A stretch of DNA of 64,000 nt from Eledone cirrhosa (taxonomy: Eukaryota). The stretch lies in the NCBI GenBank assembly GCA_964016885.1, contig OZ024740.1:351478001-351542000 (forward strand), read 5' to 3'. Of the stretch, positions 56,109-64,000 are shown piece after piece. How positions within the stretch are numbered: the first letter of the stretch is position 1; each line of letters opens with the position of its first letter. The notes under the pieces were generated by a model. It worked only from the letters and a program-made list of their open reading frames with translations. It ran no database searches and was not told the origin of the DNA. The position numbers and the translations under genes were made by a program.

Positions 56109-58779
56109 TTAGATATAAATTTAACTCATGTTTTCCTGTTTGATCATTTCAATATCATGTAATTATACTGACAAGGAAATTACAGTACCTTGGGCAAGTG
56201 TCTTAAACCACTACCTCTGGTTGACCAGTGCTTTGGGAATGAAATTTAGTAGACAAAAACTGTGTATATATACATATATATATGGAAGAATGTATGATTA
56301 GAAAACAGTGAACGGAATTTGGAAATTGAATTAGAAGATTTTGCCATAACTTTGACTGAATAAAGTAGTCTAATAATAATGGGGATAAAAACAATGAATG
56401 GAAAAAAATTGGCATCAGTACATCTTTTTCTGTTCACTGGGCTTATAGACCTCATTATTATTAATCTATCTTATTTAGTCAAAGTTACAGTGGAATCTTC
56501 TAATTCTCTCACTCTCTCTATATATATATATCTATATCTATATGCATGCATATGTGTATATAAATATATATGTATATATATATATGTGTGTGTATACAGA
56601 TATATGTGTGTGTGTGTGTATGTGTGTGTATGTATCTACAGATATGTGTGTGTGTGTATGTATATGTATATATAAATGTATATATATATATATATGATGA
56701 TGATGATATGTGTGTGTATGTGTATGTATATATATATATATATATATATATCAATTCCAGTATGTGAACGGTGCTTTTATCAACCTCAGAAGGATGAAAA
56801 GAAAAGTTGACCTCAGAACATAAAGAGGAATAAATAATAAAAAAGCATTTCAGTCTATTTTAATTATCTAACTTGGTATTTGGAACCAATGAAATAATGT
56901 TTTTTCTTGATCAATCAGTCACAGTAACTACCAAAAAATCAGTCTTACTCCTCACTAAATGTCTCCATTTAATCATTTTGATCAGTTTATAGTTTGGAGT
57001 TCTTTTAACAATACAATTTTGAACAGGTTTTTTTTTTTAAATTAATACTAATGAATTTTATTCTCATTATGAGTGCAATTCCAATATGCTAACATCATTA
57101 TATTAGCTCAAACTTTAAAATAATCATTTAGTTTTGTTTCCTTTTTATTTGCTTTTGTTTTGTTTTTCTTTCTTTTTTCTTAGCAATCCATTTTTAACTC
57201 TCTAGCATTTAAGCCGGCTGTATCTGGCCAGAATTCCCTCACCTCATTCTATTCAAACTGGCTATAACAAGTTTATGTTAAGGTATTGTTTTCAAAATAA
57301 ATAATATCAAAATCTCATAGATTTGATATTATGTGAGATAATTATGTAAGATAAAGCCTTCACCCTGAAAATAAAATAGTAAATATGAGTAATGTAAATG
57401 CTAAAGGGATAATTAAGTTTGATGACTTAGTCAGAGGCAGACAAGCAAAGCCTATGACCTTTTATCTTTTGCAAAGTCTCCAAAAATGGTGAAGAAAAAG
57501 ATAAACAGATAAACAACTCAAGATTTATTCTCAGGCTAAAGACCTGGCGTGAATGCTTACAATAGAGTTGATTCTGCTAAATACTCCCAAGGGCCAGATT
57601 CTGGTTTAAATGATGTGAACTAGTTCAATCATACTATACAAATGCATAATTCAAATTATGTGTCAAACTGCCAAACTCACTAAATAACTTCACTGAAATA
57701 TGTTATATCTCTCTATATGCTATATCTTAGACTTGTATAAGCTAATTGTGTTTGTTGTGAAATCTAGCTGCATTTGGTCTAAAAGCCTGGTATATTTGCT
57801 CTACTAGTTGAATAGGATTATTAAATTAATATTGGCAGTATCGGTAGAGGGTCGGACGCCATGCTTTGACGCATAGAGTTACGGCCCTTGCCATTCTGAG
57901 TTCAAATCCCGCCGAGGTTAACTTTGCATTTCATCCTTACGGGGTCGATAAAATAAAGTACCAGTAATACACTGGGTAATTGCTGGCCTTGTGCCAAAAG
58001 TAGAAACAATTATTAAATTAATATACACTAGACACATTACAGTGGCAATGAAGAAAAGAAAATATAATCAAAAAATGTCAGAAGGTGGTAGCAGTCTAAA
58101 GTTTAGATCCGAAAAGAAGAGTGAAATCAATGAATTGAACAGCTAAGTTTTGACAAATACCCCAAAATGGAGGCCCTATTTGTGGAAGAACTTGGCTTGT
58201 GACTATCTTTTAAAAAGTGGTTGAAATTACCTCAAAACAGTAGATATGGTTGAACAAGACACAAGTCAGTTGTCTCAAGTAATTTGACTACTTTTACAAA
58301 AAAGGAAGAAAAGTATGTTTAAAGTTGTTCTAATACTTCTACAAATGTTCATCCGAGAAGCAGGACAGGAATAGCATTTTGAAGAATGTGTGTATGTTCA
58401 AATCCTATCAATAACATGAGAAACCAAAAAGGATTAAGGGCCAAGACGATTTTTGAAATTATATTAATTCTGACACCTTTATCACATATTTACACACATA
58501 TATTCTGTATATTTGCAGTGTTGAGGCTAACTATTCTTTTGAGTTAAGTTTAAAGTATTTTGGAAATATTTTTTTTTAAATCAATAATATTTTTTACAAA
58601 CTTGTCAAGATTTTGTTTTTTATTGAAGATATATTTTCTGTGTTGCTTATTTTTTATTTATTTTTTTTTGTTCTATTCTTTTGGCCCTGGGTACTTGAAA
58701 ATAATTTTAGAAATTAAAAGAAAAAAGATATGAAGCGTCAATGCAAGTATGGTTTTGTTTTGGATAAACACTTTACAAA

Positions 58780-59440
58780 TTGATTGTATTTGGTTTGATG
58801 ATATTGACCAGTTAGGAAGCAGCAAAGCAGAACTCCAGGAGCTCCACACCAGACTGGAAAAAGTAACCAGAACACAGCAATCAGTACCATGCTAAATGGA
58901 GAAAGACTTTAAAAAGTGGACAACTTCAAGAACCTAGGATCCATTTTAACCAAAGATGGCAGATTTCAAAACGAGACGATGACAAGACTTGGCCTGGCTT
59001 CTTCTACAATGATGAAGCTAAATATCATATGGAAAAGTAACTTCATCAGTTTTCCAAAGAGGCTCAAATTGGACAAGTCACTGATGATTTCAATCTTTTT
59101 GTATGGGTGTGAGAGTTGGACTCTCATAGCTGATATGGAACAAAAAATCCAGGCATTCAAACACAAATGCTTCAGAAGGCTGCTAAACATCCCATAAATG
59201 GAGCACAAAATAAACAGCTTTTTCTAGTGCAGCTAGTTAATAAATATGTTGGCAGACAGGAACCACTCCTTGCGATGGTGAAAAGATGGAAGCTGGCTTG
59301 GTATGATCAGATATCCCCCCATGACTCGCTGTCAAAAACCGGCACAGTTGCGGGAGGGTGAATAAAAGGCAGCCAAAGAAAATCCTGGTCCAACAACATC
59401 AAAGACTGGAAAGGCCACAGCACTGAGATCCTTCTATACA
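58780..59440 (+). mobile_element. Decayed RTE LINE 3' fragment
   Basis: FKNLGS, LYGCESW, KCFRRLLNI, RWKLAWY. Confidence 0.8.
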
Positions 59441-62304
59441 TCTAGAGTGGCTCCCTAATGACTGGCTTCACCAGTTACAGGAACTTGATTGATTGATAAC
59501 AACATTTGGTTCATGTCTATATTTAGGCTGTGTTGCTATATTTAATATGTGTGACTAATTTAGGTTATTGTAATCACACTTGAATTATGTCTGCATTTTG
59601 TCTGTTTGACTCTCTTAGTGATGTGTCAACTTTTAGATTGTATTCATTTATTCGACAGTGTGACTCCATTTTAATATGACTGGTGTATACTAGTTCAATT
59701 ACTTTATTCAACTGCTTGAAAAACCAAAAGTCAAAAGACTGAAAATGCACTTCAAGAAAAAATAATGATAAAAAAGACGTTCTTAAAAAATAATTTATTC
59801 ATAATTTTACATAGGTCGGGGGTGCCAAACATATTTACTTGAAAAAAGGGGTAAATATATGACAATAAAGAATTTCAAAGATGTAACGTTAAAATACTGT
59901 AAATAAGGTGAAGGGAGATAAGCAAGCTCATTGGATTTGGGATACTGATCAGTCAGCAATATCACATTTGATTCATTTGTAAAAGATAAATGGGCTCAAA
60001 ATGAAGATTTTAAATTTTCATTTTAAAGCCTTCCTCTTTGATATTCTTTATTGACATTATTTTACATTTTTGAAGTGTAGTAGGTCAAGTTGGTAATATT
60101 TTGACTGATTTCTTTCATTGATTTATTTAAGATATGTATCTATACACTTGGAAAGAAGTTAAATATTCTGGAAGTTGATGATAGTAGAAATATGTAATAT
60201 AGCCAGTATCGCATATGCAAAAAAACTAATGAGGGCAAATGTTAGAGTTAGAAATTTATTGTATCTTTGGAATTTTCATTTATTATATATTTACAGCAAC
60301 AAGAAGCATGCTTAAGCAGGCGTTAGACTTGAGGATCCTATGACAGGCTTCATACTCATCATAGTGTCCTGTTTCAAGCAATGTTTCATGGCCAGATACC
60401 CTTCCTGGAGCTAACCCTTTTAGTCACCTCTTCCAACATGCATATAAGATATGGAGGTGCTGCTATAAAATACACTTTACTACATTCAATTCAAAAAACT
60501 TAAAGTAATATAAGATTTAACACTTTATTAATTAGATGTCTTCATAAGTTGTTACTTGATTTTTATTCACAACACCCATCGTTTTAAAGCCATTTTCTCT
60601 ACTAAAGCAGAGGTTAGCCTTGCCATGCCCATTACAGGCTACTTTGTTTTGCACTACCATCTGCATCACCCCTAATCACCACTATGACTTTCATTTTCCC
60701 TCCCATCATCTTTAGCCCTCTTTCATGGTTTTCTCCTACCTCTATTTCCTTCCACATCTCTTATTTATGTCACTTCTCTCACCCAGTCATTTTCATCCTT
60801 CCTCAAAACATGACCCCACCATTTCATTCCATTTCTATTCACAACATTCACCACTGGCTTTATTCCCACCATCTTATGCACTTCTTATAGATCTAAGATA
60901 TTCTTATTGGGAATTTTACATGTGTGCATCACATTAGTAGAACATTTGACTATATGATTGTTGTTTACTTTATTACTCTTTATAAAAATTAATGGAAATA
61001 TTGAGAGAACAATGATTATAAACTTACTACTCATCATTGTTTAATGTTTGCTTTTCCTTGCATGCATGAGTTGCACAAGTAATCAATGATCAGATCAGTA
61101 CTTAGATTTACAATCCTCTCAACAATGGGCAAAGGGACCACATCTTGCATGCTTTTACTCTGGTTTTAGCATAATTTCTATGGCTGGATACCTTTCCTAT
61201 CATGAATCACTTTATGGAGTGTACTAGGTGCATTTTATCATGACACCAGCACAAAAGAGGTTATCATGTCCTTAACACAACTAAAGAATCCTCTCAGGCT
61301 TATGTTTGGCAGTGTCTCTATGGTTGGATGTCCTTCCTACCACCAACTACTTTACTTCTAACATAAGGTATAAATAAAATCTAAAGAGAAATACAAGCAA
61401 ATAAAAATTGACATGGTTAAATAATTTCCATATAAAATATTAACTATTTTAAAAGTGTATTGATATCATGATATTTTTAAGACTTATGTCACAGGCATGA
61501 CTGACTGTAAGGTTAAGAGGTTTGTTTTGCAACTATAGTTTCACTTCAAATGTCACAATATGGTACCTAAGACAAATGTTGTTAACTATAGACTAGAATT
61601 GAACAAAACCTTGTGAGGGAAATGTAGTGGTTGGTAAAAGTCAATTTAATCAATCCTAGTACTTAAATGACACACTATTTTATTGACATCAGAACAATGA
61701 ATGGTATAGTTGACTTTGGTCGAATTTAAACTCAGAAATGATTTTATCTGATGCTCCAATGATTTTGCCAATCCACTAATAACAGTAATTTTCTTTATTA
61801 GTCATTGAGGACAATTTCATACATCATTGTTCATACATACAAAACAAGAAATGGTAAAATGTACTTACAAAAGCTATGTGGAGTGTGATTAACAATTTAT
61901 ACAAAAAGTAAGAGAAGGAATAAAAGACGTTATATAATATATGTTAGAATGAGTTTAATTTAACTTGATCTAAGTTGTTATTTCCTCTCAACATTTTACT
62001 GTTTATTCAAACTACAATTATCTACTTATTAAATATATGTCCTTTTTCTACAAAGAATAAATAATGGTTGACCTAGAGTACAGCTGAGTACATTTTATGT
62101 TTAAAAAGATTACTTCTGATCAGATAGGTGCTGTCATGGCTGTTTGGTTAAGGCCTTCACTTCTCAACCATATGGTTCTGGATTTAGTCTGGCTGTGCAA
62201 CACCTTAGGCAAATATCTTCTACCATAGTGTCAAGTTTACCAGGGCCTTCTGAGTGGAATTTGGTAGATGGAAACTGAAGAAGACTATCATGTATATATT
62301 ATAT

Positions 62305-63031
62305 ACTAGCAGTGGTACCTGGCGTTGCACGGGATAAGGTATTTTGGAATGCGGGCTGCCAACAAACCTAATCGAGGAAAAACTGCATGCCTGGACAATA
62401 TGTAAAGAAAATAAACCGAATTCTCTGATGGCTGGATAATCTTTAAGATTTTCCTCAATAAAGCAGGAAAAATGCAGGTTTTAAGGGATCAAGAAAATAA
62501 AATTTTTTTATGTGAATAATATGCCTTGAAATTGCAGGAAAATCGACTAGACGTAACGCCTCAAAAAAGCCCTAAAAAGCTGAAAAAATGAAGTTTTTTC
62601 ACCTAATGCGGGCCCTAGGCCATAAAAAAGTTGGATTTTGTGTGCATAGCACTCCCTGGAACATAAGTAATACACATGTAAAGTTTGAAAAACATCGGTT
62701 GGGTACTTCTCGAGTTTTAGGGATTCAAACTCACAGACACACACACAGACATCCTCAGAGAAGTGACGTAATGCAGACAGCCAGACATACAGACAGATAT
62801 TATAAGGGCGCGACGTTATATGTATGTATCTATCTAAAAAGAGGAAGACTAGGAATTATAGAGAGAGATCGCTAAATCGCCCAATGCGGTCCCTAGGGCA
62901 TTGAAAATTTGAAATTGTTTTTCTCAGAACACTCCCTGAAACATAAGTATTACATGTGTAAAGTTTGAAAACAGTCGGTTGGGTTGTTCTGTACACACAG
63001 ACAGACATCCTCAGTTTTATATATATAGACT
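62305..63031. mobile_element. Helitron/Helentron-derived non-autonomous element(s)
   Basis: ACTAG..CCTGGCGTTGCACGGG start, ACAG repeats and TTTTATATATATAGA end; internal duplication. Confidence 0.5.
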
Positions 63032-63556
63032 AGCAGAAAACCACCCAGTGGGCGGTTTTCTGCTAGCAAATCTAGTGTATATACTGATATTGTTGAGATT
63101 TGGATGAGAAATGTTTTCGGCACCACATGTTCACCGTCTCTCGGTGTGTCTTTTATGCATGCATAAATATATATGTTATCTATACGGTGAAATCTTTGAA
63201 ATAAATATATGTTAAAACGAAAAAGGAGAAAAAGATTAGTGACGGAAATATAAACGTTATGATATAACGATGGAAATATATCTTCAAATGGTCCTTGGCA
63301 TGGTGTCAAGTCAGAACCGCCTCGAACTGGTTACTTCTGGCTTGTGCAAGGTGTCTCTATAGCAACCAGCGATTCCCTCGGCCTCAGTGACCAAAGTCAG
63401 TGGAGAGGGGAAGGTAATGTTTCTATAGCGACAGTGTTTCTCTTGGTAGTACCAAAGTGGAGAAAGGAAGGGGAAGGTAATATTTCTGTAGCACCTACAT
63501 TTGAGTTTTAGGGAAGGATAGACAGACAGACAAACAGAGAAATGCCCATATATTTC

Positions 63557-63613
<57 letters not shown>

Positions 63614-63641
63614 CACACACAGAAATGTATATATATTTCTG

Positions 63642-63702
<61 letters not shown>

Positions 63703-64000
63703 CACACACAGAAATGTATATATATTTCTGTGTGTATATATATATATTACACACACAGAAATGTATATATATTTCTTAGAACAAAATTATTATTAATGTT
63801 TTGCTGTTCATAACAATTGGAATTGAAAAATTACTTTTGAAATTATTAGTTATTTTACTAATGCTTAGATATGTAAAAATGAAGCAATGTTTCTAATAAT
63901 TGTTTCTACTTTTGGCACAAGGCCAGCAATTACCCAGTACATTACTGGTTCTTTATTTTATCGACCCCGTGAGGATGAAAGACAAAGTTAACCTCAGTGG

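Noticed and set aside
56110-62300. Possible second gene downstream of SPAG16
   Set aside because: No chain of phase-compatible exons found; ORFs are explained by RTE remnants

Overview
AT-rich, microsatellite- and SINE-dense eukaryotic DNA; the repeat families suggest an octopus (inference). It holds one complete + strand gene, SPAG16/PF20 (17 coding exons, 14519-56108, ~618 aa by hand splicing). Its first intron is U12-type and an RFX X-box precedes the ATG. The rest is decayed Penelope-like (GIY-YIG), CRE, R4-like, RTE and CR1 retroelements, SINEs and MITEs. The most notable structure is a ~5.9 kb array of a near-identical 591-bp non-coding monomer in SPAG16 intron 14. Each monomer carries a type I hammerhead ribozyme with a covaried core (UUGAUAA, U3-A8 instead of C3-G8), a large loop-2 insertion and a palindromic stem III, i.e. 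a retrozyme-like, probably circular-RNA-derived element. Several other hammerhead-bearing elements and fold-back insertions at (TA)n tracts occur in the window. All coordinates and folds were read by eye.
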